A DNA stretch of 64,000 nucleotides from a virus (IMGVR_UViG_3300023070_000002:8465-72464); one strand, 5' to 3'; counted from the stretch's first letter, positions 49,089 to 58,804 are shown. Notes: a model not told the origin generated them from the sequence alone. Numbers and translations: made by a program.

Positions 49089-49268
49089 GGAGTAGTAGAG
49101 AATGTGGCGGAGTTAAACGCATAGTTTGGTTGGACATTTAGAAATTGCACTTACGGCTTAGAAAAGCGTGAATTTGCGAACCGTATTGAGGCATCACGTA
49201 AAAATCGAACTATAAGCCGAACGTATTTTGGTTGCAGGTATCAAATCCTGTCATTCTCTATTTACTCC
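49089..49268 (+). ncRNA. tRNA-shaped RNA with expanded anticodon domain
   Basis: Acceptor GAGAATG/CATTCTC; D-arm TGGCGGAG..CGC; T-arm GCAGG-TATCAAAT-CCTGT; long variable arm; 71-nt loop; no CCA. Confidence 0.65.
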
Positions 49269-49305
49269 TTACAAAAACAGTTCGTAATGTTTAAATTTTA
49301 ATACA

Positions 49306-49596
49306 ATGACAAAAATCCTTGACGAGGTACGGGCGATAAGTTCCGATGCTATCGCTAAAAAACAAGACAGCGCAAAAGTTAATCTACCCCAACTGATTGA
49401 AGATATTAAAAAGGCAGCAGCGCTTGGAAAAACAGAATGCATATTTAGGCAGCACGAAATCGACCAGTATGCAAAAAAGTTACTTGAAGCAGAAGGGTTT
49501 CGTGTTTATTCAACCACCCGCGCCCCTTTATCTTACGACAAACTTAGTTATTTACCAAAGGAGCCGGAACCAGTTTGGCAGGTAACATGGCTGTAA
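49306..49596 (+). CDS. hypothetical protein
   Basis: 96-aa ORF. Confidence 0.6.
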   Translation: MTKILDEVRAISSDAIAKKQDSAKVNLPQLIEDIKKAAALGKTECIFRQHEIDQYAKKLLEAEGFRVYSTTRAPLSYDKLSYLPKEPEPVWQVTWL

Positions 49597-49758
49597 AGTT
49601 CTTTGGCGGTTGAGGGTTTTCCAGAAATGGGGGAGATAAGAGCAGTTAGAGTGATAGGCGCATACCACTACTATGCTTCCTGTATGACTAACAATAGCAA
49701 CCGCCAATTTTTCAAATCAAGTAACCACATTTCTGTAGAATCGTTAAAATTTAAATTC

Positions 49759-50001
49759 ATGGCTTTATTAGAGCGAATATTTGGCAAAAAAGATTGGAAA
49801 ACAGTAGAGGCTTTGAAAGGAGAATGGCAGTGTACTTCTATAATAACCGGAAGAGATTGTATTGATACGGCCAATTATGAAATCCAGTTTTCCCCTTCCA
49901 GAAATAGTTACCGGGTTAAAACGTCAGGGCTTAATCCAAAAGGCCATAGTGCTTATCAAAAAGCTATTGAGTTAATGAATAAATACGAATCACAACTATA
50001 A
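49759..50001 (+). CDS. hypothetical protein
   Basis: Likely start MALLERIF within track ORF 49603..50001. Confidence 0.5.
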   Translation: MALLERIFGKKDWKTVEALKGEWQCTSIITGRDCIDTANYEIQFSPSRNSYRVKTSGLNPKGHSAYQKAIELMNKYESQL

Positions 50002-50042
50002 CCCTACCTTCCGATCTATTCATTTAATTTAAAAATAAAAAC

Positions 50043-50321
50043 ATGGCACAAGAATTAAATTGGGAATCGGCTACTATTATCGGTATGGCTATGCTTAAGA
50101 TAGAGTTTTGGGCGAGCCAATATCAAATTTCTTTTCAGTTTTGGGGCGAAGGTGATAATAATGTGTTCATCTATCGAGATCATGTTGAAATTGCATCTTT
50201 CGGAGGCGAATCCAGTCCAATTGATATTATAGAGCGCACAGTTGCTTGGTGTGAAAAATCAAACCCAAGTAAAGAATATCCTGAATCCCTTGTTGGGAAA
50301 CAAATTGATTTACCTGACTAA
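50043..50321 (+). CDS. hypothetical protein
   Basis: 92 aa; A-rich upstream region. Confidence 0.6.
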   Translation: MAQELNWESATIIGMAMLKIEFWASQYQISFQFWGEGDNNVFIYRDHVEIASFGGESSPIDIIERTVAWCEKSNPSKEYPESLVGKQIDLPD

Positions 50322-50358
50322 TCAACATTCTACCCAACCAATAATCAAACAATAAACT

Positions 50359-50595
50359 ATGACACCTAAAGAAAGGGCTCAATCACTAGTAAATTTATTT
50401 ACGAATTCAATATTTGAAAGCGGATCATGTGTGTCTAAACCATTGGTTAAGAAATGTGCTTTGATAGCAGTAGATGAAATTATCCCTTCCACATGGAGTT
50501 TGGGATGGTATCAAGATCAAAATTATACATACTTGGATGAAAGGCTAACAACTGATTATTGGAAAGAAGTTAAAAAAGAAATACAAGCGCTATGA
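50359..50595 (+). CDS. hypothetical phage protein
   Basis: MTPKERA..KCALIAVDEII..YWKEVKKEI, a recurrent Bacteroidota phage family (from recall). Confidence 0.65.
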   Translation: MTPKERAQSLVNLFTNSIFESGSCVSKPLVKKCALIAVDEIIPSTWSLGWYQDQNYTYLDERLTTDYWKEVKKEIQAL

Positions 50596-50780
50596 CACCA
50601 GAACAAATAAAATTAGCTGAGCAAATGCAGGATGAACTACACGCTAAAGTTGAAGATGCTATGAAAGACGGAAAAACATCCTATCAGGATTTTACAAACG
50701 TCTTTCTAATGATGAAAATCGCAGAACTTCAACAGCGGGTTGACGAATTAACTTTCCTTAATAAAATTCAATTATTATGA
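50592..50780 (+). CDS. hypothetical protein
   Basis: 62 aa; ATGA overlaps. Confidence 0.55.
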   Translation: MTPEQIKLAEQMQDELHAKVEDAMKDGKTSYQDFTNVFLMMKIAELQQRVDELTFLNKIQLL

Positions 50781-50910
50781 TACCCTTCTTACAAACAGCA
50801 CTCATTACAAATGAAATTCCTTTGGAAGACTTCCATGACCCAAAAAATGTGCAGGAAGAAATACTTTCCGAATTGGACGTTTCGGAAGGGCATAAACCTA
50901 AAATATAGAT

Positions 50911-51198
50911 ATGATACAAGGAATGTTTAGGGGCAACAACGGCAACGAGATAGTTTCCCATTTGTACGAAGGAGATTTTGCCAACCCCGGGAATCCATAT
51001 TGTTCTAACGGCTGGAATAGAAAATACTTCAATGAAAAAGGAGAATTGATAGATTGGCAATATTCTATTTTTAGGGGGCATATGTCTCCAAAAGGAACAT
51101 GCGAAATTTGTCGTAGAAGATACTTGCAAGGACGCAAAGCAATATCAAAGCCAACGGCCAAGTATAACCGAAATAACCCTAATCATAGCATAATTTAA
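50911..51198 (+). CDS. small Cys-containing protein
   Basis: PYC..WNR..GTCEICRRR. Confidence 0.5.
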   Translation: MIQGMFRGNNGNEIVSHLYEGDFANPGNPYCSNGWNRKYFNEKGELIDWQYSIFRGHMSPKGTCEICRRRYLQGRKAISKPTAKYNRNNPNHSII

Positions 51199-51256
51199 TC
51201 ACAATGAAAATCAAAGAATCTGAAACTGAAGTTTCTGAAGGATAAAAAATACTATT

Positions 51257-52015
51257 ATGCACGATCCACAAACGGTAGCCCACGAAATCTATTTGGGCAG
51301 AAAGAAAAAGAAGAATGGCTATTACCGATCCCCGTTAATAACTATTTGGCACGTTGACCCAGAAAAGCATACGCTTGGCACAAGGCGCGACGACTCTTGC
51401 GGGTGGTCATCCCCGCCTTATACAGAGAAAGAGCAGTTGATAGTAAAGAAACTTGCCAAAGATCAATACTATCAATTATTTTCAAAGAAGGTTGCATACG
51501 AGCAAGAAAAAAGCTATGCTTATATCTGCTATAATCAAGATTGCTTTGGCACTATTTACTGGATATGGCGGGCATTGAAAAACGAGTTTAATAAGAAGGT
51601 TCCTTGGCAGTATGGGGTTGGGTTGTCTAACAAGGATATGCAGTATGTTATGCAGTTAGCCACAAACCCCGTTGATAATTTCCAATGGCACATGAAGGGA
51701 ATAATGGAGCCAGGAGAGAAAGGATTGAAAGCATTTGAAGAATTTGTGATGCTATTATTTCGTGCCTTCCGTGGCTACTACCGCCCGTGGTACAAACACC
51801 CTCGCTGGCACATTAGGCATTGGAAAATCCAGTTTCATCCGTGGCATAAATTCAAAAGGCGCTGGCTGGACAAATGCTGCAAGTGTGGGAAACGAGGGTT
51901 TACGGGTTCTGCCTATGGGAATTGGGACGGTAATCAGATATGGTGTGAAAAATGCGAAGAAACAACAGTTTATCCATCTCCTAAACCACCAGAAGGTAAA
52001 AACAAGCAGCAATGA
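51257..52015 (+). CDS. Trp/His-rich hypothetical protein with C-terminal Zn finger
   Basis: TIWHVDPE..DDSCGW; CCKC..WCEKC. Confidence 0.6.
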   Translation: MHDPQTVAHEIYLGRKKKKNGYYRSPLITIWHVDPEKHTLGTRRDDSCGWSSPPYTEKEQLIVKKLAKDQYYQLFSKKVAYEQEKSYAYICYNQDCFGTIYWIWRALKNEFNKKVPWQYGVGLSNKDMQYVMQLATNPVDNFQWHMKGIMEPGEKGLKAFEEFVMLLFRAFRGYYRPWYKHPRWHIRHWKIQFHPWHKFKRRWLDKCCKCGKRGFTGSAYGNWDGNQIWCEKCEETTVYPSPKPPEGKNKQQ

Positions 52016-52230
52016 AGACGTTTTATTTAGTACTAATTCTTTTCTTTACCGCCTGTGGTGACCCAAAGAAAGATAAAACCATTAAAGGTGAAACTCGTGG
52101 ATTGTATGGATTAAGGATTGTTATTATCGAAGGATGCCAATACTATCAATTCAAAACATATAATACCTATTATAGCATATGCCATAAAGGAAATTGTAAT
52201 AACCCCCAACATAAAATAACTCATCAATGA
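52012..52230 (+). CDS. small lipoprotein
   Basis: Lipobox LFFTAC; IEGCQY..CHKGNC.NP.H. Confidence 0.65.
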   Translation: MKTFYLVLILFFTACGDPKKDKTIKGETRGLYGLRIVIIEGCQYYQFKTYNTYYSICHKGNCNNPQHKITHQ

Positions 52231-52529
52231 AAATCAAAGAAATTAAATTCGGGAATACGATTTATGTATTTGGTGAAGGACAGGAAAGTTGGCCAAGGTT
52301 TGAAGCAATGGGAGAAATCGGAGAGGATGAGGATGCAAAATTAGCGGCTAAAGAACTAAAGGATTTTGTAATGGAACAGTTAAAAGACTGTATGCCGGTT
52401 TACTCAACCCCATCCAAGCAAAAACCTAAAATGGATATTATTGCTTTGAAGCAGTACCAAAGAGCAATTGTTGAAGGCGATAACGCTACAATAGGCCGTT
52501 TAAAAACGCAGTACCATGTTGAGCCTTGA
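52227..52529 (+). CDS. hypothetical protein
   Basis: 100 aa; overlaps exonuclease start. Confidence 0.55.
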   Translation: MKIKEIKFGNTIYVFGEGQESWPRFEAMGEIGEDEDAKLAAKELKDFVMEQLKDCMPVYSTPSKQKPKMDIIALKQYQRAIVEGDNATIGRLKTQYHVEP

Positions 52530-53208
52530 TAAAATATCAACCCTTGTCCCATATTCAGAGGATTGGTTTAAGCACCGCCTTGGCTATATGACAGGGAGCA
52601 GAATATCGGTATTATGCGCTCCAAAGGGTATTGGTGTTGGCGGGATGACCTATATCCGAAATAAGGTTTCTGAAGCGATAACGGGAGTTTCAACCGAACG
52701 GAATATAACGAACGAAGGTATTCTTTTTGGTATTGAGAACGAACCGAAATCACTAAAGGAATGGCAAGAGGCTAATAACATACCAATGCTGATAACAAAC
52801 AAGCATATCGTTTTCGATGATCGATATTCTGTTACCCCGGATGCTTTAGCGATAAGAGATGAAAAGTTGATTTACACTAGCAATGGCGAACTTAACTGCG
52901 AAACAGTAGAAAGCAAAAGCTACATAACGCCTTCGGTTCACATGGCACACGTTCAATGTAAAACACCTGATGATATAAAAGCATTAAACCCTGAGCTTTT
53001 CTGGCAGGTTGTAAGTCAGGTTTATTGGACGAATGTATTGAAGGGTTGGGCTATTTTTTTTAATCCAAATTTCCCTTTGGGAAGTCCTTACCGACGTAGC
53101 GCTGTTGAGTTTAGAAAGGTAAATATGATCGCTGACTTTAAAATATTTGAACAACGCACCAACGAAGGAAAAACTCTTTTCGAAAGAGAACTAAAATGGA
53201 AACCATGA
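52516..53208 (+). CDS. YqaJ/lambda-exonuclease family recombination nuclease
   Basis: SEDWFKHRLGYMTGS; FGIENE; SVTPDAL; VESKS; YWQV-like FWQVVSQ. Confidence 0.85.
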   Translation: MLSLDKISTLVPYSEDWFKHRLGYMTGSRISVLCAPKGIGVGGMTYIRNKVSEAITGVSTERNITNEGILFGIENEPKSLKEWQEANNIPMLITNKHIVFDDRYSVTPDALAIRDEKLIYTSNGELNCETVESKSYITPSVHMAHVQCKTPDDIKALNPELFWQVVSQVYWTNVLKGWAIFFNPNFPLGSPYRRSAVEFRKVNMIADFKIFEQRTNEGKTLFERELKWKP

Positions 53209-53289
53209 CCTGCTCTATATGCTCCAGAATAATTGAAGAAGAAAGCCAATACTGTGAGATAACTGATTGTCCACATCAAAATAAAAGAG

Positions 53290-53496
53290 ATGACAGAAAT
53301 TGAAATGATAAAAAACAGAATGCTAAAGTGGAGAGATTTTTTCGGTGGTGATTTGTTTGATACTGATGCTATAAAGAAGGCCACTACTAAAGACGAATTA
53401 AAGGCTGTTCTTTCTCGCCACTCATCTCACATGGAACAAATGGGATCAGATGCAGAAAGACATTTAATTGATTTTAAAAAAGAATTGGGACTATGA
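53290..53496 (+). CDS. hypothetical protein
   Basis: 68-aa ORF. Confidence 0.55.
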   Translation: MTEIEMIKNRMLKWRDFFGGDLFDTDAIKKATTKDELKAVLSRHSSHMEQMGSDAERHLIDFKKELGL

Positions 53497-53540
53497 CAAA
53501 GTATTGATATTTAGCGTATTTAAAAGTAAAAACCAAATAT

Positions 53541-53765
53541 ATGGCATACGAAATAAAGAAAGTTACAGAAGAATTGATGCTGGGCAAGGCGTCAAGATTC
53601 CCGGTTTTAAAATTGGAAGTTGGAGAATATTTTGAACTGGATGAAAGCGAATCAAGAGCAGTTAGGAGCTTTATAGGAAATAGTAAACAAATGTTATCTG
53701 GGAAAAAGTATTCAGTTAAAAAAATATTTGGTACGAACCGTTACGTTTGCCTAAGAATTCTATAA
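53541..53765 (+). CDS. small basic protein, possibly DNA-binding
   Basis: FPVLKLEVGEYF..KKYSVKK pattern. Confidence 0.55.
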   Translation: MAYEIKKVTEELMLGKASRFPVLKLEVGEYFELDESESRAVRSFIGNSKQMLSGKKYSVKKIFGTNRYVCLRIL

Positions 53766-53785
53766 ATCCATAACAACTAAAATAA

Positions 53786-54787
53786 ATGAGTAACGAACCC
53801 ACAACCGTCCAAACGCTAAGCCCTGAAATAGTTCGGAGTAAGCTGGCTATTGCATTGTCCAAAAACGAACAAAACGTACAGAAACTGCACGATGCTGAAG
53901 CAACCTTAGTTTATAACGAAGATAATTTGCTTACCATAAAATCCTTTCTCGACGAATGTAAAAAGGCAAACAATGTTGTAGAAGCAGAACGGGAGGCGCT
54001 AAAAAAGCCATACTTAGAATCAGGACGCGCAGTTGATGCCGGGGCAAAGCTGATCACAAGTGAAATCGCTTTAGTGCAGTCAAAAGCCCAATCCAAGTAT
54101 AATGCACTTTGTCAGGAGGTGGAACGAAAAAGAAAGGAAAAGGAGGCTGAAGAAACCCGCGTAAGAGGCATAAAAACCGCCATGTCCGAATTTCTTTCGC
54201 ATTATTCAACCGCAATAGCAGGGGCTAAGACCAACGAAGAACTTTTAGCCATCGAACGGCTTATAAACCTTGAAACCGGCAATTCCAGAAAGTATGCCGA
54301 ATTTCTGCCGGAACTTGCGGACGCCGCAAAAGGCATTCGCAGCCTCTTGGCTGACCAAAAAAATAAGGTGAGGCAACTGGTGGAACTCGAAAAAAAGGAG
54401 CAGGAAGCGGCGGAAAAGCAGGATGACGAGGCTTTTTTGGAAATTCAGGACAAAAAAGAAGCGCTGGAAGCCTCAATAAGCGCCAATTCGATCAAAATTC
54501 AGGAAACTTTTGTCAACGCAGCCACGGAAGCAAGCCCTTCGGGTGATAGCGGAGCCAGCATAATCCTACCCGAAATTCCAAAAGGAGCAAGGCGCCAATG
54601 GGACTATGAATGTACCGACCTTGCAGCCTTGTATAAAAAAGCACCTGAGCTTATAGAATTATCTTTGAATAAAGAAGCGGTAAAAAAAATAATGGAAGAA
54701 AAGAAAGAAAAAGGGGAATTGAAGGATAGGGAAGAAATTTTGTTGTTTGGTGGGTTGCTTCGTTTTTTTGTTAAAAAATCTTACTAA
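53786..54787 (+). CDS. coiled-coil phage protein
   Basis: Long heptad region; EREALKKPYLESGRAVD; C-term RRQWDYE..DL..L. Confidence 0.6.
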   Translation: MSNEPTTVQTLSPEIVRSKLAIALSKNEQNVQKLHDAEATLVYNEDNLLTIKSFLDECKKANNVVEAEREALKKPYLESGRAVDAGAKLITSEIALVQSKAQSKYNALCQEVERKRKEKEAEETRVRGIKTAMSEFLSHYSTAIAGAKTNEELLAIERLINLETGNSRKYAEFLPELADAAKGIRSLLADQKNKVRQLVELEKKEQEAAEKQDDEAFLEIQDKKEALEASISANSIKIQETFVNAATEASPSGDSGASIILPEIPKGARRQWDYECTDLAALYKKAPELIELSLNKEAVKKIMEEKKEKGELKDREEILLFGGLLRFFVKKSY

Positions 54788-54996
54788 GGTGGAGAAAAGG
54801 CATTACCATAGGTGGAACCTAGGAATAGACGAGGATATTTGTATTAACTGCGGTATTAAGCGAAGAAAAAGATCTATCATTCACGACAAATTACGGATGG
54901 TTTTTACCTTAGTTAACGAGTACTTTATTAATGGCGAATGGACAGCTAAAAATAACCAAGAAAACAAATTTTGCTCACAACATAAATTTAAAACAA

Positions 54997-55200
54997 ATGG
55001 CAACTAACAATGCAAAAAAAGTAATTATAGAAAAACATGTAGAAAGGATGCTAGAAGATTTAGGGAAGATGAACGACCCTATAGGGTGGATACCCGAAAA
55101 CGCCACCGATGTTTTAACGGAAATATTCTGCTATATATTGTTATACGGCAAAGGAGTGGAAGATTATTTAGAGAAAAATGGGTTGTTGAAAGAACAGTAA
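54997..55200 (+). CDS. hypothetical protein
   Basis: Likely start MATNNAKK. Confidence 0.55.
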   Translation: MATNNAKKVIIEKHVERMLEDLGKMNDPIGWIPENATDVLTEIFCYILLYGKGVEDYLEKNGLLKEQ

Positions 55201-55368
55201 CCCCATCAGCCAAGGAACAATAAATAACTGCGCTAAAGAAGCGTCCGGCACTATAAAAAATGAAGTGGGACGTGAACCCGGAGTTGCACTAAAACAATGT
55301 CGTAATTTGATTGAATGATTTAACTAGGGAAGTGCGCTCCGGTTATTTTTTAACTGCTTCAAAAGAAC

Positions 55369-55698
55369 ATGATGCGGCCACAGACAAGAGCAAAGACAAT
55401 ATCTGTTATACAACGCAGGTTACAAGGTAAGTCCCTCGCTGAAATAGCTGAAGAGGACAATGTAAGCATAAGGGTTTGCGAGACTAATTTATATTCGCTT
55501 CGGATGGAACTTGGAGCAAAAGATTCATTACATTTAGTTGGCCTATTGTATTTGAGGGGCGAACTGCTGATGAATACAACCAGAGTCGCCCATTCTTCAG
55601 AAAAAGTTGAGTGGGTGTTACTCAGAAATGATGCGCACGAAATGATAAAAAACATAAATAACAGAATACAAACCTTACTCAATAATGAAACAGTATAA
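55369..55698 (+). CDS. LuxR-type HTH regulator
   Basis: QGKSLAEIAEEDNVSIRVCETNLYSLRMELGAK. Confidence 0.7.
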   Translation: MMRPQTRAKTISVIQRRLQGKSLAEIAEEDNVSIRVCETNLYSLRMELGAKDSLHLVGLLYLRGELLMNTTRVAHSSEKVEWVLLRNDAHEMIKNINNRIQTLLNNETV

Positions 55699-56353
55699 AT
55701 TATTACACGATCTCCCAGACGCCTTTACAGGTGATATTTATTCGTGGAGTGGCAAAGGCTATTCAAATGAAACAAGATCAGCGACCGTCATTAGTAAAGA
55801 GCTTGTAGAACGAACTTCTGATTGGTTTGAAGAAATACTACCTGAACAAGGTACACAAGACAGAAAGGAGTTAAAGACAGAGGGATTTTCTCTTGAAGAG
55901 ATACTTTCAGTTGTTTCGGAAATGATATGTGATGGGAGGTTTAACGATAAAGCCTTTTTAACTGCTCGGTTTAAAGGGATGGATAAAGAAAAAAAAATAA
56001 TAATTGTAAACAAAGATAAGAAGGTACTGTTTACTACAGAAGATGGAGTAGATATTGAACAAGGGTATAACGGCGATTTGTGGCGGGTGTTTATGGTTAA
56101 CCATTCCTATGAACTGTGGAAGCCGTATAATTTAGGGATGCCTCAATTTATAAACAGTAAAGAGGAAAAATACTTCAGTACAGAAGACGCAGCTAAGAAA
56201 TATATTTTGGAAAACAAACCGATGTTTTCAGTAAAGGATATAGAGGCGTTACATATTGATCTAGATTTTGAGTCAACATTACCGGAAGGCGATTATACGG
56301 TTATAGTGCCAAATAAACTAATTGAAGCAGCAAAGAAAAAACTAATCCAATGA
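55685..56353 (+). CDS. hypothetical phage protein
   Basis: 222 aa; LFTTEDGVDI..KYFSTEDAAKKYILENKP. Confidence 0.6.
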   Translation: MKQYKLLHDLPDAFTGDIYSWSGKGYSNETRSATVISKELVERTSDWFEEILPEQGTQDRKELKTEGFSLEEILSVVSEMICDGRFNDKAFLTARFKGMDKEKKIIIVNKDKKVLFTTEDGVDIEQGYNGDLWRVFMVNHSYELWKPYNLGMPQFINSKEEKYFSTEDAAKKYILENKPMFSVKDIEALHIDLDFESTLPEGDYTVIVPNKLIEAAKKKLIQ

Positions 56354-56709
56354 TTCACGAAAAGGAAGACAACCAAGACAGCCAGCAGCATCTTGACGAA
56401 AACCTTGACAAGTTCAAAGGGGACATGAAAATAGTAATGCAGCTTCTTTATTCTGGTAAAAGATTAACTGCTCAATCCTTAGTCCAAAACTATGGCATAG
56501 CTGACCGTAGATTAAGAGATGCCATAGCAGCAAGACCAAATGTTATAAAGAAGGTTTGGGTGAAGGACAAAAACGATAAACGTTTATACGTTGAATATTT
56601 TGCCGATTTGCCCGTCCCGCCTTCAAAACGAAAAGCAATTGAAGATGGACAGAAAATTTTAGACCAGATGAAAGCAAATGAACTTAGGCAAGGAGGGTTG
56701 TTTCCATGA
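56350..56709 (+). CDS. winged-HTH-like protein
   Basis: LLYSGKRLTAQSLVQNYGIADRRLRDAI. Confidence 0.5.
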   Translation: MIHEKEDNQDSQQHLDENLDKFKGDMKIVMQLLYSGKRLTAQSLVQNYGIADRRLRDAIAARPNVIKKVWVKDKNDKRLYVEYFADLPVPPSKRKAIEDGQKILDQMKANELRQGGLFP

Positions 56710-56963
56710 GTAAATTAAAGATAACAGGCACGACAAATCTGCCATCATGGGCTATTGACGGCTCGCCCATAACAGTAGCAATGTTGTTAACCGATGCTGC
56801 AAACGACCAATACGCGTTTGAAGTCGATATGTTGAAAGGGTTTAATGCCGAAGATTTTAAAAACGCAATGCAGACTGGTTTTGAAATGTGTGATGCCACC
56901 CCTGTATCCGTTCACATAGAACGAGTAACAAAAATAGTTAAAGGAGGTGCGAAGTGCAATTAA
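56706..56963 (+). CDS. hypothetical protein
   Basis: 85 aa; ATGA overlap. Confidence 0.55.
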   Translation: MSKLKITGTTNLPSWAIDGSPITVAMLLTDAANDQYAFEVDMLKGFNAEDFKNAMQTGFEMCDATPVSVHIERVTKIVKGGAKCN

Positions 56964-57160
56964 CCAGCTTCCCACATAAGATAAAATTCCTTTCCGACTC
57001 TACAGAAATAGAGTTTGTAAAGGAAATAAAAGACGCTAAAGTAAAGGAGCGAATAGCTAATTATATCTTTACAAAAGGAGAGGTTAATGAAGGAAAACTA
57101 CTTTCTTTGTTTTTAGTACAGATCGAAAAACTATTACAGGATAAATTAATTGAAGTATGA
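56954..57160 (+). CDS. hypothetical protein
   Basis: 68 aa; GTG start; overlapped. Confidence 0.5.
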   Translation: MQLTSFPHKIKFLSDSTEIEFVKEIKDAKVKERIANYIFTKGEVNEGKLLSLFLVQIEKLLQDKLIEV

Positions 57161-57309
57161 TCTACCCAATATACAGAACCAACAACCCGGTATCTAATGA
57201 CTATGATCCAAGTCTGCCGATAGGATTTGGATGGTGGGAGGTGGGAAGTGAATCCACTAAAGGTGAAGACGACGAAGATGAATACGAACCAGAAATTGAG
57301 TTAGAATGA
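57157..57309 (+). CDS. 50-aa protein with very acidic tail (not in ORF track)
   Basis: MIYPIYRTNN..GFGWWEV..GEDDEDEYEPEIELE; ATGA overlaps at both ends. Confidence 0.6.
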   Translation: MIYPIYRTNNPVSNDYDPSLPIGFGWWEVGSESTKGEDDEDEYEPEIELE

Positions 57310-58178
57310 ATGTACTAAGTCTTTTTGATGGGATGTCTTGTGGACAGATTGCCTTGGAGCGAAGTGGCTTGAAGGTTGATAATTATTTTGCGTCAGAGAT
57401 AGACAAATATGCAATACAAGTCTGCCTAAACAATTTTCCTGGCACAAAGCAGTTAGGAAATGTGGTAGATGTTGATCTTAAAACGCTGCCAAATATAGAT
57501 TTGCTGATTGGTGGTAGCCCATGTCAAGATATTTCTAATATGAACCAATTTAAACTTGGATTAGGCGGCGAGAAAAGTGGTTTATTTTACCAATATTGGA
57601 GAATGTGGCAGGAGATAAAGAATAAAAACCCGAAAGCCTTATTTCTATTGGAGAATGTGGCAGGAGATAAGGGCGCGGTAGCCACAATAACAAAAATACT
57701 TGGAGTTCGCCCTATGAAGTTTAATAGCTGTTGGGTTTCGGCACAGAAAAGACCACGTTTGTATTGGACTAATATCCCAGTTAACAGTATCCCTCAAAAA
57801 AAACATCTTAGCCTAAATTCCATTTTGGAGAATATGGTCGATGATCGATACTACCAGTCACCAGGGTGGATAAAATGGTTCGATAAAAAAAGGGAGTTCT
57901 TGCTAAATAAGCAGTATTGTACATTAAATCCAGAAAAAGCAATCTGCCTTACTCGTAGAATGTATGCAAACTGGAGCGGAAATTTTATTCAAGACGAGAA
58001 AGGTATTCGTAGATTAACGCCAGTAGAATGCGAGAGATTGCAAACAGTCCCAGACGGGTTTACGTCTTGCGTTGACGATCGATTTAGGTATGAAATGTTA
58101 GGAAACGGCTGGACGGTAGATATAATAGCCCACATCCTAAGTCATCTGCCTAAAGAAACTAAACTAAAGCCTCAATAA
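57306..58178 (+). CDS. C5 DNA cytosine methyltransferase
   Basis: LSLFDGMSCG (I); GGSPCQ (IV); LLENV (VI); RPRLYW (VIII); RRLTPVECERLQ; LGNGW. Confidence 0.9.
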   Translation: MNVLSLFDGMSCGQIALERSGLKVDNYFASEIDKYAIQVCLNNFPGTKQLGNVVDVDLKTLPNIDLLIGGSPCQDISNMNQFKLGLGGEKSGLFYQYWRMWQEIKNKNPKALFLLENVAGDKGAVATITKILGVRPMKFNSCWVSAQKRPRLYWTNIPVNSIPQKKHLSLNSILENMVDDRYYQSPGWIKWFDKKREFLLNKQYCTLNPEKAICLTRRMYANWSGNFIQDEKGIRRLTPVECERLQTVPDGFTSCVDDRFRYEMLGNGWTVDIIAHILSHLPKETKLKPQ

Positions 58179-58179
58179 T

Positions 58180-58311
58180 ATGCCACAGAAGTATTACTTC
58201 GTTTTTAGATCATCTAAAACAGGAAGATTTGTATCGGAAAAATTTGCAAAGAAGCATCCAAAAACAACAATGAGACAGCGAATTAAAATAAATCCCAAGC
58301 CATTATGCTAA
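58180..58311 (+). CDS. 43-aa basic protein (not in ORF track)
   Basis: RSSKTGRFV...A..HP.TT motif of a widespread small-protein family (from recall). Confidence 0.55.
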   Translation: MPQKYYFVFRSSKTGRFVSEKFAKKHPKTTMRQRIKINPKPLC

Positions 58312-58478
58312 AGCAACCAGAAAGATACCATTGGGAAGGATCCGGAGCCAAGACAAGGCGGGAAAAAATTATCCGGTGTGTTATTGCTTTCTGGAATTTT
58401 TTGTTGTAATTTAATGGCTTGGTTAAGTATTTTTTCTCATACAGTTTTGGATAGTTGGTTGAAATGAAGGTTTAACAA

Positions 58479-58511
58479 CCCCCCGAGGTATATACTTCCG
58501 GGGGATTTTTT
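58479..58511 (+). terminator. rho-independent terminator
   Basis: CCCCCCG..CGGGGG stem followed by T-tract. Confidence 0.7.
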
Positions 58512-58584
58512 TATTTGAAAAAGTTTTTTATCTTAGCACTGCCGCGACTATATAGCCGGTATCATATTAAAAAACATAATAAAC

Positions 58585-58800
58585 ATGGAATCACGAATTT
58601 CAATCCAAGTGGATTTTGACAACGGTAACAGGCCAGTTATCCAGCTTATTCACGGGCAATCCGACGATACAAGGGACAAATTAATAACTAATTTCCTTCA
58701 ACTCTCTTCCGGACAACTTACTATCGAGTACAAAGGTGAAATAAACGGCCTGCCGTGCTATCACATAGCAGTTACCGACCCCCTAATTAGTAGTCATTAA
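58585..58800 (+). CDS. hypothetical protein (stand-alone unit)
   Basis: 71 aa; TATCTTAG promoter-like site at 58529; own terminator. Confidence 0.6.
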   Translation: MESRISIQVDFDNGNRPVIQLIHGQSDDTRDKLITNFLQLSSGQLTIEYKGEINGLPCYHIAVTDPLISSH

Positions 58801-58804
58801 AATT

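Noticed and set aside
49098-49259. Canonical tRNA or bona fide tmRNA
   Set aside because: No 7-nt anticodon loop, no CCA, 8-nt T-loop; has a D-stem, lacks G3-U70 and is far shorter than tmRNA; kept as a tRNA-like ncRNA
54747-55007. ORF with CINC motif
   Set aside because: GTG start inside the upstream gene and overlap with the next gene; plausible but not supportable
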